DNA from: Lama glama
Taxonomy: Eukaryota
Direction: 5' to 3'
Assembly (NCBI GenBank): GCA_028534125.1
Contig: CM052817.1
Coordinates: forward strand, 80,416,001 to 80,480,000
DNA length: 64,000 bases
Below the pieces are notes generated by a model. It was not told the DNA's origin. It did not search any database and saw only the letters and a program-made list of their open reading frames with translations. This document shows, piece after piece, positions 1 through 14,079 of the stretch (the stretch's first letter is position 1; every line of letters starts with the position of its first letter). The position numbers were made by a program, and so were the translations under genes.

Positions 1-569
1 GGTCTGCTAAACCTTCAGCTGGAGATTGTTTTTTTTTTTCCCCTGAAATTAATTTCCTAATTTACTGATCTATAAACAAGTGAAGTCCTGTCCTGATTGA
101 GGTGACATTTTTACTTGCACTTTAATGGCTTCAAAATTAGAAAGAGTAGACTGTCAGTTGTATCTTCCTCCAGGCTTACCTCTTTCTTTTTATTAAAAGG
201 GTGACAGAAACAGCATTTGTGCGGCACACACTATTGTAGCACATATACTTGTTTATAGATATTTTACAAAATTTCACTAATTGAATTCTGTAAAAGGTCA
301 AAACTTGTCCAGCTTCTGTTGGACACAGAGAAACATCCCTTTGGGCGTCCAAGGGTTTCCTTTGTTTTTCTTTGAGTTTTCTTCTTTAGTTTCTGTTCTG
401 ATTGACAGGGCCCAATGCTGGAGTTGCTTGCTTGTGGGAAACCTGCTTTTCTTTGTGTATTTGTAGAAATTGAAACACGTGTCTGATGAGCGCTCTGCTC
501 TCTGAATGAAAGGGAAGCTATATGTTCTGCTTCTCATGTCACTCAGCTCCTGTTAGGTGCAGAAGCAGC

Positions 570-1330
570 CCGCACAGTCCTCAAAAGATACTCTTATACC
601 ACGACCCAGTAATTACATTTCTTGGTATTTACCTAAAGAAATTGAAAACCTATGTGTATGCAAAAACCTGCACATAGATGTGTATAGTGGCCTTGTTCAT
701 AGTTGCCAACACTTGGAGGCAACCAAGATGTCCAAGATGTAGGTGAATGGGTATACTGGAGTACAACCAAACAATGGAATGTTATTCACCACTAAGAAGA
801 AATGATCTATCTAGCTATAAAACGACATGGGGAACCTTAAATGCTTATTACTTAGTGAAAGAAGACAATCTGAAAAAGTTATATACTGTACAAGTCCAAC
901 TATGCGATATTGTGGAAAAGGCAAAATTGCAGGGGGACAGTAAAAAGATCAGTGGCGGTCAGGGTTTGGGGTGAAGGGAATGAATAAGCAGAGCACAAAG
1001 GATTTTTTGGACAGTGAATCTCTGTACAATACCATAACAATGGCTACATGTCATTATGCATTTGTCCAGACCACAGATTTTAGAACACTAAGAGCGAACC
1101 CTAAGGTAAATTTTGGGCTTTGGGTGATTATGATGAAGGTTCATATCAGTGAAGGTTCATCAGTTGTAATAAATGGACCACTCTGGTGAGGAATGTTGAT
1201 AGTGGGGGAGGCTGTGCATGTGTGGGAACAGGAATTATATGGGAAATCTCTGTATATTCCTTGCAATTTTGCTGTGAACTGTCCTTTAAAAAATTATCTC
1301 AATGAAAAATAATGCAACTCAGGAAAAGAA
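570..1330 (+). mobile_element. Old LINE-1 3' fragment (L1MC/L1MB-like)
   Basis: Typical L1 3' motifs: CCCAGTAATTACATTTCTTGGTATTTACCTAAAG, CAATGGAATGTTATTCACC, ACCCTAAGGTAAATTTTGGGCTTTGGGTG; A-rich end. Confidence 0.8.
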
Positions 1331-2085
1331 AAGAAAACAAGCCTCACACAAGATTGATATATAAACCAGAATGCTGATGATCGCTGTTTAGTGAGAATGG
1401 TGCTGCCAAGGGCTGCTGTATGGTCACACTGGCTGGTCAGTGCACTCTCTTCCTGCGGAAAAGCGGCACAGAAGCCAGAAGTGATAATCCTAAAATTGCT
1501 TTGTGAGCAAGGCCATTTTATTGGATAGTGATTTTCACTAGACTTAGTAGACTTGCCAAATAGAAGAATTTTGGCAGACTCAGACACACCTCTCCCCTGG
1601 AGATGCACTAAAACATTCTTCCTGTGAGAGACCCCTTTTTACTGCACTCTGAAAACTAGATCCATCAGGAGAATAGAAAGCTTCCAAATGGGACTCCAGG
1701 CCTGACTTGCATCCCCTGTGCTCTAGTTGGCTGGGTTGTACTTGGTTCTTCTCTCGATTCTCTTGACTTGATACCTCCAGACAGTCTTCAAACAGCCCTC
1801 TTCTGCAGCTGGCTGTCCCCATCACCACTCCCATCTTCAGAGATGATCTCCACGTTCGGCCTACCTTATTTCACCGCTTGTGCCCTGACTACTCTGTGGT
1901 CCAGCTGACTGCTCTATCTCTGACACAGCCCTGAGCAGAGGTGGGGGACCACCTCACAGACTTGCCACCCATGAGCTTCTCAATACGAACAACTCCCAGC
2001 CCAACCCCCTGCCAGTCTGTTAAGCTTTTAGGGTTAATTCAAGGCAAGTCAAGTCAACAAATAGAACAAATATTTCTTTACCAAG

Positions 2086-2453
2086 TGTTGTGGGCTGAAT
2101 GTTTATGTCCTCCCCAGATTAATAAGTTGAAACCTTAACTCCCAGCAGGATGGTATTTAAAGGTGGGGCCTTTGGGAAGTAATTAGGTCAGAAGGGTAGA
2201 GCCCCCATGATGGGATTAGTATTCTAATGAGTAGAGGACAAGAGCTAGCCCTCTCTCTGCCCCACAGCGTGAGGATACAGGGACAAGGCGGCCATCTGCA
2301 AACCGGGAAAACAGGAAGAGGACTCTCACCAGACACTGAATCTACTGACACCCTGATCTTTGACTTAGCCTCCAGAACTGTGAGAAATAAATCTCTGTTG
2401 TTTAAGGAACCCAGGGCATGGTATTCTGTTACAGAGCCTGCGTTGACTAAGAT
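2086..2453 (+). mobile_element. MaLR solo LTR (MLT1A/B-like)
   Basis: Starts TGTTGTGGGCTGAATG; contains GACTTAGCCTCCAGAACTGTGAGAAATAAAT; ends GACTAAGATA. Confidence 0.8.
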
Positions 2454-3639
2454 ACCAGGCTCCTGTGATGTCTAAAGCAGAATGCTTAGCGCTGCTCAGG
2501 GACTGGAAACAGAAAGTCAGGAATTCAGACCCATATTCCAGGACTTTGCCCACTTAACTAAACTTAACAAATAGTTGTCAAAAGGTCTTTGAGGGCACAC
2601 AAATTCTATTTGCACCGAAAAATTGAAACTGCCTCCTCCATCTGTATCTTTCCATTTACTGTTCAAGTCTTGTTTGGTTTCTCTCCTGCACTAGACCTGA
2701 TGCCTCAGACTTCTGCCTTTACCTTCCATGACCACAGTATCTAAAGCAGTGCTGTAGCACCCGCATCCTTATTTTATTTCTAGAAGCACTCAGCATTACT
2801 GGGAATTAGCTTGTGCATTTATTAATTGTTATTTCTCTGACTTCCCCATCTAGAAAATTCGGGCTTCATGAAGGTTAATACACTCACCATCTGTCTTACT
2901 TATGATGGTATTGCTGTGTCCCTAGTCCCTCGAGCAGCCTCAGTACACAGTAGGAGCTCAATCAATACACGTGGCAGGAGGACGGAGGGAGGGAGTCAGT
3001 GAGGCTTGTCTGCAATCCGCAAACCTGAAAGCTTCCATCAGAACCTGATTAAATACAGAAGCAGGGCGGGCACGCTCCCTTGGTTCCCGCGAGACTGCAG
3101 TGCCGGCGGGTGACAGCACGGGTACTGCCAGCGGAAGTGCCTCCCAAGTTCCTGCTCAGCTGACATTTACTGATCATCTATTGTGTGCCCTCCTGGGTTA
3201 CCAGTTCTACTGCACAGTGAGTGCCCTGCATTTGCAGAAACTGACCTGAGTTGTGACTCCTGAACCCGAGAAATGTTGCATCCTTCATGGCAGTGCTGTC
3301 AAGTTCATGGGCACAACTCAGCCAGGTAGGCGTGTGGTAATTGGTGGCAGGGTTGGGGGTTTAAACCCCCAAGTTCCTCCTTAAAGTCGAAATCTGACCC
3401 CTTGACACCCACCGCCTCTTTACTTCCACCCAGTGGCCCTGACTCTGACCTCTAAGTCCCTCAGAACCTGCCAGCCCTGCCCTTTGCTAGATCCAGTCTT
3501 CCCTGACACCCCTCCCCGCCCCCACACACCTTCCGATCTTCTCCAGATCCTGCAGTGTCTACCCCTTGGTCTTGGACTATAGGCCAGACTCCTCCCCACG
3601 GTTGTCCCTAAGGCCAGAGTGACCTGCCCTGCCCATCTC

Positions 3640-4110
3640 CTTGTTTCTGGCCGGGGCACCCTCTTCCTCACTGGTTTTGCTGAAGCAACACTATTCTACT
3701 CTAAGATCCAAACATGCCAAACTGCCACTCAGAGCCTTTGCATTCCCGGGCAGTCTCCCTAGCCCACCCTTTAACCCCTCTCCTCACAGGCTAATTCCTT
3801 CTGTTCCTCTAGGTCTCAACTTAATATCACATTCCAGAGGGGCCGTCTCTGACCACTGTACCTAAATATTGCCATGGCATTTCCTGTCTCCTAGGGTCTT
3901 TTCTGTCTCATTTTCTTGTCTATTTTCTTCCCAAGATCTTAAAGCTCATGTGAGCTTTTAAAAAAATAATCTGCTTACTTGTTTTGATCATTCTCCTCCA
4001 CCTGAATGTACACTCAGGAAGACAAACCCCTTGTTATCTTGTTCACTGTCGGATCCCCTCTGTACCTGAAGAAGTCATTCTGTGAATATCTGCTGAGTGA
4101 ATGAGTGAAT
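3640..4110 (+). mobile_element. LINE-2 3' fragment
   Basis: Pyrimidine-rich L2-like body ending in the TGAGTGAATGAGTGAATG tail. Similar fragments at ~2700-3000, 6700-6940 and 17560-17800. Confidence 0.55.
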
Positions 4111-4499
4111 GCAGGAATGCCCCCTAAGCATTTGCACATGTACATAGACAATGATTCCATTCTTCCCCTGGACCCAGGGTGCTCAGTCTTATCCAGTTTT
4201 CTTCACAGGCCATGGTACTCCCTGGACAGAGTGACTTTTCTCTGCTGTCCGTAAAGTATGGCGCTCCGGGCGTGGTTGGACTCGCACAGAATACTGGGGA
4301 TTGCCTCCTCCCCTTTCTATCCACGCGGGAGCCCGGGAACCAGCTTTTGTTAGGGGAGGTGGCTGAATGAGCTAACTAACTACCTGCACCGAATATACAG
4401 CCACCCCAGATGTTGCCTAGACTCCTTCTCCTGGGGCACTAGTTATAGTTACTAACCAGCTGTTTTCACCCCACAACTCACCAAAGCCAGGGTAATCTG

Positions 4500-4595
4500 T
4501 AGTGCTTGGCAGTTCAGTGGTGTAAATACTCTCACCATGGCTGGTTCCAAACCACCAAAGTGAGGTCACCGGATGGGGATCTGGGGAGAGCCGCT
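4500..4595. mobile_element. MER63-like hAT DNA transposon fragment
   Basis: CAGTGGTGTAAATACTCTCACCATGGCTGGTTCCAAACCACCAAAGTGAGGTCAC resembles the MER63 core. Confidence 0.55.
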
Positions 4596-5142
4596 AACCC
4601 CCCCGCCCCTCCTGCAGCTCCCGCCCCTCCCCCACACCCTCTGCTCTTCCCCCCACCGCCGCCATCTTCCCTGGGAATAGAGAAGCATCACCTAAGAGAA
4701 CTCACTGATCTGCCTCGTGCAAGCGCTGCATTCCCCCAGAAAACCCGAGTTCTATACAAACCAGGCGTAAAGGGAACTGGCAGGGAAGGAAGGAATGTAT
4801 TAAATCTTTCAGGTCTGCTGCTTGCATCTCATTAGGCCTTTGGGCACAGGGACACGTGCCTATTTTCATGGCTTCCTAAGACATGTCAGCTTATTAAAAT
4901 TCCTTGTTTTCTTTTTCTGACCAACACTGGTGGGCAAAAGAGAAGTAGTTCTTTTGTTGTTGTTTTGGTTTCTTTTACTTAACGACATTCATTTCATTCC
5001 CCACCACCCATCCACCACCCCCAACTCTCCCAACAGGTGGTATGACTTAAAAAGACGCAATTCAGCATCAAACTCTTCAGTGACCGTGTGTGCATGTGAG
5101 GTGTTCCTCAGGCAGGGCTGTGAAGTCATTCGGACACCAGGT

Positions 5143-5176
5143 TGTGTGTGTGTGTGTGTCTGTGTGTGTGTGTGTG
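5143..5176. repeat. (TG)n microsatellite with one interruption
   Basis: Directly visible TG run. Confidence 0.95.
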
Positions 5177-5629
5177 CTGAGCATATGCTTTAGAACTATA
5201 ATTTATTTACCATGTTTTTATTTGGGTCAGTGGGAAAGGATTGGCAATTAGTTATTTTGGCAAAGGTTCAGTTATGCCTCAAAAAAAGGAACACAGACTT
5301 AACATGTTATATAATCACTCTTAAACCACCTCTGGGAAGTTCTCCAAGCCCTGTGTGTCAGTCTCCATTGTGCATGTCTGAACACAACCTCTGCAAGAAT
5401 TTCTGTTTTATGAAGCAGGGTGGGGAAGTGCCGGGAGACAGTGAGAGCTGAGTTTAATTGTGAGGCTGCCTTGTTATGGGAGAGCTAAAAGGACCAGCTT
5501 ATCTTAGCCTGAAATCCACCACATCAATCGCTAGGCCATGCTGAGGCAGAGACCGTCTTCCAGACTACTGGACTCTGAAAATGATTTTATTTCAGAATCG
5601 AATCATGTCTATGGGTGATTTTTTCATGT

Positions 5630-5850
5630 CTCTGTGTTAAACTTTTGTTGAAGTGTAAATGCATAAAAAAAGTACACAGATCATACATGTACAACTCTAT
5701 AAGTTATTATGAAGGGACTATAGCCATGAAACTGCTCCCCATTGCAAGAAATTAATATTATCAGAGACTCTCACCTGCTCACCCAGGCACCACCTCCCCA
5801 CTCACCCCCAAAGGTGACCACTAGCACCTCTATGGAAAAGTTTTCATTTC
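5630..5850 (-). mobile_element. Old L1 (L1MD/ME-like) 3' end fragment
   Basis: AACTTTTGTTGAAGTGTAAATGCATAAAAAAAGTACACAGATCATA pattern of an antisense L1 3'UTR. Confidence 0.5.
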
Positions 5851-7989
5851 TCCTTTCTGATTCTAAGTCAAAGTTCTGATTTCTTCCCCCAAAATTATCT
5901 AGCAGGACTCTAATTTATTAAAGATTTTAAACTAGAGGTGGGTTGTTGTGGCGCATGTGTTGGGGGCATCACTGAATCAGAAGCCGAAACTTGTGCAAAG
6001 GTCGTGGCCACCCCTAGGGCAGGCCAGGGTCTGGGCATACATTTTTAGCGAGGACCCCATCTATGTAAACAATTTAACTGCAGTGTGTACTACAAAATTA
6101 ACGGTCAATCTGAGGGATAGCGATTTATCGTGAAGATTTATAATAATGGTTAGGAAGTGCTGAAGTGTTTGTTTAGTGTCCAATCAGTGCACCTGGAGCA
6201 TCTTAGTACTGTCCAGGCTCTGTCTCTTCCTCTTCCGGTCCAGGAAATAGCTCTTTCTGTTCTTGATTGTCAAATGCTTTGTTTCTGGCTTATTTCACAT
6301 CTCCCACCACAAGAAAGGACAGCAGCACTACTGTTCCTCACAAATTGCCCTGGTTCTTCTGAAACAATATAACTCTTCTTGCCTGTTCCTAATTCCATTT
6401 ATTGAATGCTGGCGACATCAGCACCTGGATGCTGCATCATCCACTGTGCATCCATGAATACTGGCTCCCAGTGATGCTCTAAGTGTTTCAGTGCTTTGTC
6501 AGTGATGTCCGGGAATGCAGTTCTTACCCAAAGTGTGCAGGGAATTGTGAATGACGATTTGTCTTCTGATCATGTTAAATTTACCACTAGGAATTTTGCA
6601 GCATTCACATACAATAGCACATCTTCCAACCATGTTTTGTTGTTGTTGTTTCTCCTTTTCTTTAATGCCTTTACTTCTTCCTTTCTCATTCCTTAAAGAA
6701 TAACTTCAGAGAATATCTTAAGCTTCTCCCACCCCCCAAAGCACTTACCATTATCTAACATACCATATATTGTGCTTCACTTACTTGCTCTGTTTATTGT
6801 CTGTCTTCTCCTATAGAATGTAAGCTTCATGATGGCAGGTCACTGTTTTGGCCATTGCTATAGTCCCAGGGTCTAGAATAATGCCTGGCCCAGAGTAAGC
6901 ACTCAATACATATGTGAATTAATAAGTAAAATACCACTTACAATAAGTATTTGAATTAATAAAATTTTACTTACTCTGTGAAGTTCTCCTTCACTCTGCT
7001 GTCTTTGTTTTGCAAATACTTAACCATTCAGCCTGTTTAGCACCCAGTCGGGCTGTAATTTTTTCACGTGTTCTCTTTTGCATCTCTGAGTTGTAGGATT
7101 ATTTGTGCGTGTTTGTTTGTACATGTCCAACTTCAGTCCTTCCCTATTTGTTCTAGAAATACACCTGCCATCCTGTTCCACTGAACTCCACAGAGGTGGG
7201 CACGGGGCTCAGGCAGGGTCAGCTGGAGAAACCCATTCCCCCAGCCACAGAGAGTGGTCAAGGGATGAGCGTAAGACTCTGCAAGGAAAGCTGGAGGCCT
7301 TCCCAGGGCTTCACCACTTAGGGTCTTGTGAGCTTTTCCTTCAATTCCACTTGCTTCCAAGAAATTCCCCTTCTTCTTCTTCTTCTTCTTTTTTTTTTTT
7401 TTTGGCCTAAGTTGGCTTGAGCTAGGTTTTCGTTATGTGCAAACTGAAGACATCATCTTTTATATTTCTTACATTTCTTCAACTGGCAGGCCAATACATG
7501 CATTTGGTTGTAAGCAGATTTCTACTCTATTCTAAATTATAGATAACTCAATGCAAATGCATTTCTCCCTTTGTTATACAAGTAGTGAAAAGGAGTATCT
7601 AATACTTGGTTATGTGGTCCCACATAATCTATGAGAAACATAAAGATAATAGTAATGGCATTAATGATAGAGGAAAAAAATAAATGCAAAAAGCCACTTT
7701 TAAGTAGACTGTAGACTAGTTTTTATGGTTACATTTTTCAGATAGAAGAATTTGTACTTTAAAAAAAAAGCAAATATAAGGTCTGGCTTAGTGGGTGCCT
7801 GTTGCAGCTTTCTGGGTTCTGTAATACAATAATGTCAGACCTGGGTGAATCCTGGTTCAGCTCTTTAATAGGTCAGCTAAGTTATTTCCCCCCAATATTC
7901 TCATTTTTATCGCTCATGTAAATGAAGAGAGCAACCACGTATTTCTCAGGGTCATTTGAAGATTTGTTTTTGGAGGTAACATATATACC

Positions 7990-8480
7990 TGATTTAGCCT
8001 AATTTCTCGAGGAAACAGAGCTTGAGGCAGAAGCTTATGTGCTAGCCCTTCTACAGGGGACGCGGTCCCAGGGGAGCATGCATGCGGGTTAGAGGACCGA
8101 AAGGCCAGGAAGGAGCAGACAAACCTGCCACTGCGTTAGCAGGAGGCCACAGCTTTGACCCAAGCACAGCTGATCGCTTATTCTCATGGTTCTGCTCCCC
8201 AACATCTACCACTCTCAGTACCATCTGTCCGGGTGGAGGAAGAGAGAAGAAATTATGTGCTGGTTCCCACTCCCACTGGTTAAAGTTTGCCCCCAGGGTG
8301 TCGGCTCCCCACACTTCCAGGTGGATGACTTACCCTCTCTGGCAGCTGACACAGGAGGCCTCGTAGCGTGAGTCTTGGGGAGGCGCAGAAAGCCATAGCT
8401 AAGCCGCTCCTGGGAGCTTCCTAAGCTGGGCCTGGAGTGTAACCGTGACTCACATGGCAGCCGGGGCTGGAAGACACTTC
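7990..8480. mobile_element. Old ERVL-type LTR (LTR16-like)
   Basis: CAGAGCTTGAGGCAGAAGCTTATGTGC...CCCACTCCCACTGGTTAAAGTTTGCCCCCAGGG resembles the LTR16 family; recognised by eye only. Confidence 0.4.
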
Positions 8481-11402
8481 ATAGTGTTAATATCCCTCCT
8501 TCCTCAGGTGGCCCAGACACATGCTGGGGTGTCGTAGCTCTGACGTTATTAAAATGAAATTCTATTAAGAACAAACGATGCAAGATGGCTTAAGTTGACC
8601 TGCCAAATCTCCTCTTTTCTAAACACCACTTCCAATGGTGTCTAAGGTAGGTAATTTCATACCTACCTGGGCAAAGAATGTCCCAGATTCTTTGACATTT
8701 GGCTCTTTGGGGTGAGTCCTTGAGGCATCAATGGCTTTCTAATTTCTATAATGGCCTGGGGGCCTTTTGACTTCTTTTTCCCTGCTGAAATCTCTGCCAG
8801 AGTTGGACGATTTTCAAGAATAGATTCCAGGAAAGTGTGGAAAGGAGGCTAGTTTGACTTTTAAAACACCCGGAGTTTAAAGACCACCCCAGGCACCTGG
8901 TAAAGGGACATGGCAAGCACAACAACTACAAGCCAGGTGACCCCACAAGACGTCTTTGCCATGAAGTAGGCAGTTTCTCACGTGGCCCTTTAATCCCCCC
9001 AAATTCCACACGAGTGGCCGAATCTGGCCAAGCAGTCATCAGTTACCACCTTTTCCCCTAATTCTAAAAACTGCTTCAAAGTGTGACTTTTTTTGCTAAA
9101 AGAAAAAAAAAACAACTTAAAAGTTCCAACTGTCTGAACATTTTCTACTTTAAAAACAGTAACTGAATTATACAGGAAAATAATGGTACATGACTCATGG
9201 TAAACAAACACCAAACACATATCTTAATCATCTGTACAGGAGTCAGGAAACTACGTGACTCCGTAAAGGAATCAGCCAGAAAGGAAAAATGAAGGCTATT
9301 CAGAAGACAAATTTGAAAGTTTTATTTTTTTCAAATTGTCACTTTGTATAACTTCAAACAACCACATCGATCAGAATCCATCAGAATATAGAGAAGAATG
9401 TTTAGGTATCTTGACATCTACCCCTGTTCCACCAAACTAGGTTTCAGTTAATGAAGTATCTATTTATGAAAGTCCTTGTTAACTTTTTGCGAGTCCTATC
9501 CTATTTTGAATGATCAGAATCATAACCCATCACTTCTATAATAAGCAACATCACTAAAATCTCCTGAGAGCTAACTGCACCGTGCATTCTGCTAGGTAAT
9601 GTGGCATACAAGATGTGTAAGTTATCCTCACCTTAATGGAGTCTTGATCTAGTTAAATAAGTGGGTATAATGAGAAAATTCCATGTTTCATGAAGCTGTG
9701 GGGGCTAGCTTGTAACAGGGAAGGAATTCCTCTATGTGAGGTAATCTGTGTATCTTCTTCTAGAGACGTCATGATGGCCAACACAGAATGGTGGCAGAAA
9801 CTTACTTAAAGCTATAAAAAAAACTCTCAAATAGGATTATTATTTTTAGTAATATATAGCTATATAATATTACCCACTCCCCCCTGGAGAATATAAGTAG
9901 CTGGCAATGTTGCATAAAATATCAAAAGCGCATACATTGAGAGTGAAAGAAGAAAATTAAGACAGGCCCAAAATTAGAACCAGGAATCAAGCAAAAGCAA
10001 AAATGTGTATTTGATGATGCTCAAAATGGGTGACAACATTGATTTTAAGCTTTCTATTAGTTATGCAAAAGGGAAAGCCAGGCGGTTATGCCTGGCTCCA
10101 CAATATGCATGAGCTAAAAAGCACACCAGGGTGCTTAGGAATTCTGGCCTCTCTCTGCACGTATACTTGGAAGCGTTGGGCTTGGGCCCCCATGGCACAC
10201 AAACTAAAGGGGTACATACAGTACAACTTTCACAGAGCTGAGAGTCACAGGGTCTCCAGTCACCTGGTGTTGCCCACCCTTACAGCATAACATGAAAGTA
10301 ACTTGGAGGAGAACCAGGGTACTCTGACAGTTTCTGGAAAATTAAAGGGCATCTTTTGCAAATAGGCCACTGAAGGCTACAGTGGGAGGACAGACAGCAA
10401 GGCTGGGATGGGTTGGAATACATTCTGAGCGCATGTTTAGTTACAGAGGCAAACACCTGACCGAGGACAGCTTCTCTGACTGGAAATCTTAAGGGACATG
10501 TTTCCCCAGGGTGGTGGAAACTAGCAAATACAGAGAGCTGCAAAAAAGCAGAGAGAATAGACTCGAAACGAGGCCCTGTTTTACCAGCTTCATATAAAGG
10601 AAACAGTCTTTGGTGAATGTTAGGGGAAGATGTAGGGGAGCCTTTGCCGACGGGTACAATCTCCACGTGGCTGCACCCACCGCTCAGGAAGAACTCCCAA
10701 GACTTTCCCCAAAAAATGCCAAACCAAGAAAGGCATCTGGAAGCGGCAAAGGTGGAACAAAAGGTCCTAAGAATTGCATGTGAACCCTGAGGGCACAGAG
10801 AAACCCAGCAGAAGATGGGGACCAAGCTTGCCTCACCTCTGGAAGACAGTCCAGTACTCTTGGTGGAGTGGCTCCTCCATTTCAGGACTGGAAGTTCCCC
10901 AAGCTCCTGTTTGAACTAAGCATTCACCCCACCCCCACCCCCAACATAAGAGGCACGTGGAGCTCAAAGAAATTTTGACTGGTTTTGCACAAAATCCAAG
11001 ATGGTGAGTTCTCTCTTAATAAAACCACCTTTTGCCCCATTGTAAACATTATGCTTGCAAGTGGGAATTCGTGCCAGGTACTTACTGTGATCTTCAGGGA
11101 GATAACTTCAGTGGCTGTTCACCATTGTTGGGCCAGAGCCGACAAATTGCCCCATCCTTGTAAAGGGGCCTGGACCCACAGAGGCAATTTTGTGCAATAT
11201 TCTTCGTAGCAGGATCAACATCTTTGAAATCTCTAGCATGACTGAGATACAGTGACACAAATCCCATCTTCCCCTCCATGTGTCTAAGTCACACAAAGGT
11301 GGCTCTGGGCCAAACTGTTTTCTTTGACATGCATGGTATTTTGAAAAATGAAATGAATCTTCAACATTCAAAAATCAGGGAAAAATAAAAACAAAAAAAC
11401 AT

Positions 11403-11548
11403 GGGGGAGAGTATAGCTCAGTGGTAGAGTGTGTGCTTAGCATGCATGAGGTCCTGGGTTCAATCCCCAGAACCTCTGTTAAAAAACTTAAGTTAAAATA
11501 AATAATTCATAAATAAATCTAATTACCTACCCCCACCTAAAAAAATAT
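11403..11548 (+). mobile_element. tRNA-derived SINE, camelid Vic-1 type
   Basis: A box TAGCTCAGTGG, B box GGTTCAATCC, then AT-rich AATAAAT..AATTACCT.CCCC tail. Homologous copies at 13879 and 61730. Confidence 0.85.
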
Positions 11549-13878
11549 CAGGGGACTTCCTGTTAAGAACCTTGATGTACACTTTTTTTCTGCAAAACGT
11601 GGAAGAGCTGCCCACTCTGGGCCCATGCCCCAGTGTGGCGGCCTTCTCCTTTAGAAGGGGCAGCAAAGCCCCACCCTCCGAGTAGGTAACTGACCTTGAA
11701 GCCAAGGGGGCAGCCGTCGGTCAGAGTGTTTATGCTGTTTTTCTGAGAGGAGGAAAGTTCTTGGTGCCCACACTCTATGAAGAGAGAAGTCAACGTGGAC
11801 TGAGAGAACCACGTGCTGCTTACACCAAATCCCCTTCCCATGCACACCACCCGCCTGGGCCCCGAAGCCTAAGGTGTCCTTGGGCTATTTTCCCCATACA
11901 ATATTTTACTTTTTTATTAGTACCAGCATTCTCTAGTCTTTTGCTCCTTCCCCCTTCCTCCTTCCACCCTGGAAGAATGCCTGATTATTATAAAAACGTA
12001 TTTTGCTTAATAACTAACATATTCTATGGCTCCTGCATGTCAAAAGACCTGTCTGAGTACTACAGATGGTTTCCTTTCGTGGGTAAATCTGAGATCTGAG
12101 AGTGGGAAGCATATTTGAATGATAAAAGTTTGGCACCTTCAGTTTAGCTTCGTGAAAAGTGCTTCAGCCAAAGTAAAGGATCCCCAGGGTGGAGACACCA
12201 ATGAGGGACCAACACACTGAATCATCTTGTTTGCCACAATCTGTGGCATTATTTTCACACTCACGATTTGCTAATCACAATTTCTGATGTTTTCATGTTC
12301 TGGGGACATTTTTTGTTGCTTGAATGATTGTTGCAAAGTGATTCAAACCAAGAAAGAAATCTGGATTCATCTGTGGCTTTACCAAGGCTCTAAAGTTTAT
12401 CTTTGAGGGTGAGCTGGAAATAAAAATATATCACCTTTCTTTCCTTTCGACATTAAGAAAAAAGTTTTTTCTTTGAGTGCCTGACTGTTGTTGTAGTGGG
12501 AGAAAGGTAGTCACCGGGGAAATTAGGCACAGGATAAATATTTATTAGTTGAATGAATGAGTGAACATCAGAGGTTATATCTAGAAGACTGACTCATAGC
12601 CTGCAGCACGTTGGCAGGCAAGGCTGAGCGGCAGAGGGTGGTGTCATGAAAGGCATGCAGGTGTTTTGATGGCCCAGGTGAACTATGCAAATCCGGTGGC
12701 ATCAGTTACTAACCAAAGTCGGAGGAGGGGGAACCTGTGAAGACAGTGAAGAAATGAGAGAAAGAGGGACAAGTGACTGACTTCATGCTGGTGATGATTT
12801 TTCCTGGATATTTTGCAGAATTGTGCTAAAGTAGTTACAGAACAATGGCAGCAGCCTTCGATCACAAACATCCCAACTGTACAAAGAAGAAAAAAAAGAG
12901 AAAGTAATGATCGATCCCACCTACTTAAAAGGAAAAGACCTGACGTGACTCTATAAACATAAAACTATAAACATTTTCAAACATCTAATCCCACTGGTCA
13001 TGTTACAGGGTGTGGGCTTTTCACATTCTCTAGCTTGTGGCAAAGCAGTGCAGCTCCAGCCGCTGTGGCGATTTCCGTGTGAACACAGCTGCATGCATCC
13101 GCATTTCCCCCTTTGTCTCCTGGAAATCACCCAACAGCGACAAGAAGAATAAAGGAAGGTGCATACCCCATTTTTGGTGAAATTAGGAGGCAGGTATATT
13201 CCCCAGACTCCACAACGTAGAACTGGCCACCCAATGCTGCTGAGTTCATAGAAGGAAGAGGGAGAAAAGTAGAGAGAAGCCTTACTGGGTAAGAGGACAC
13301 AGCGCAGCAGATCTAGGTGAGAGCCCGCAAAAGTGCACTTATCCAAGGTGAGAGGCACGTCCTGAGGGGTGAAAGCTTTTCCTCTGTGTTATACAGTATT
13401 ATTTCTTGAAAATATTTCTGGCCCTCCCTGCTAGTGTCTTTCCTGCCACCCTGGACCTTCTGGCCTTTTCCTAAACAGGGCTGTTCGTGCTAAAGATTGA
13501 TCTGTCCCACTTCACTGTGTCAGGCTGGGCCATCAAACTGGCTCGGGCCAGTGACATGTGAGTGGAGTGACAGGTACCACTTCTGAGCAGCAGCTTTAAA
13601 GAGCCGCCTCTCTTTTCCCTGTCACCAACCAGCAATGTCCCAGAAAAAATACTAGTAGCCGACTTGTTTTCTTTCAGTTCATAAAAGAGCAAGGGTTCAA
13701 AAATACGAAAATACATAGAGCTTAATAATATTATTAATACGTAAATAGCTTTATAATATATATCATTTTCTCTCCTAATAATGGAGAATATATCCTCATT
13801 TTAAGTATCTCTGAATTGGTACGTTTTATCAGCCCACAAAGGAAACTGCAGCATTTTCCCAAAATTCTAAAAGAGTAT

Positions 13879-14030
13879 GGGGAGGAGGGTATAGCTCTGT
13901 GGTAGAGTGTGTGCTTGGTGGCAGAGTGAGTGCTTAGCATGCACAAGGTCCTGGGTTCAATTCCCAGTACCTCCAATAAAAAATAATAATAATAAATCAA
14001 TAAATCTAGTTACCTCTCCACTCCCCACAA
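13879..14030 (+). mobile_element. tRNA-derived SINE, camelid Vic-1 type, with internal 19-bp duplication
   Basis: Same A/B-box body and tail; flanked by degenerate target-site duplication AAAAGAGTA / AAAAGAGCA. Confidence 0.85.
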
Positions 14031-14079
14031 AGAGCAGAATATAGATAGAATTCTCCCTTTACAATGAAAACAACCCAGA

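Noticed and set aside
10280..10825. 181-aa minus-strand ORF
   Set aside because: No recognisable homology or exon context; probably lies within an old repeat.
11403..11475. tRNA-like sequence with A and B boxes (also at 13879 and 61810)
   Set aside because: Degenerate, repeated and followed by a shared AT-rich tail; these are SINE heads, not tRNA genes.
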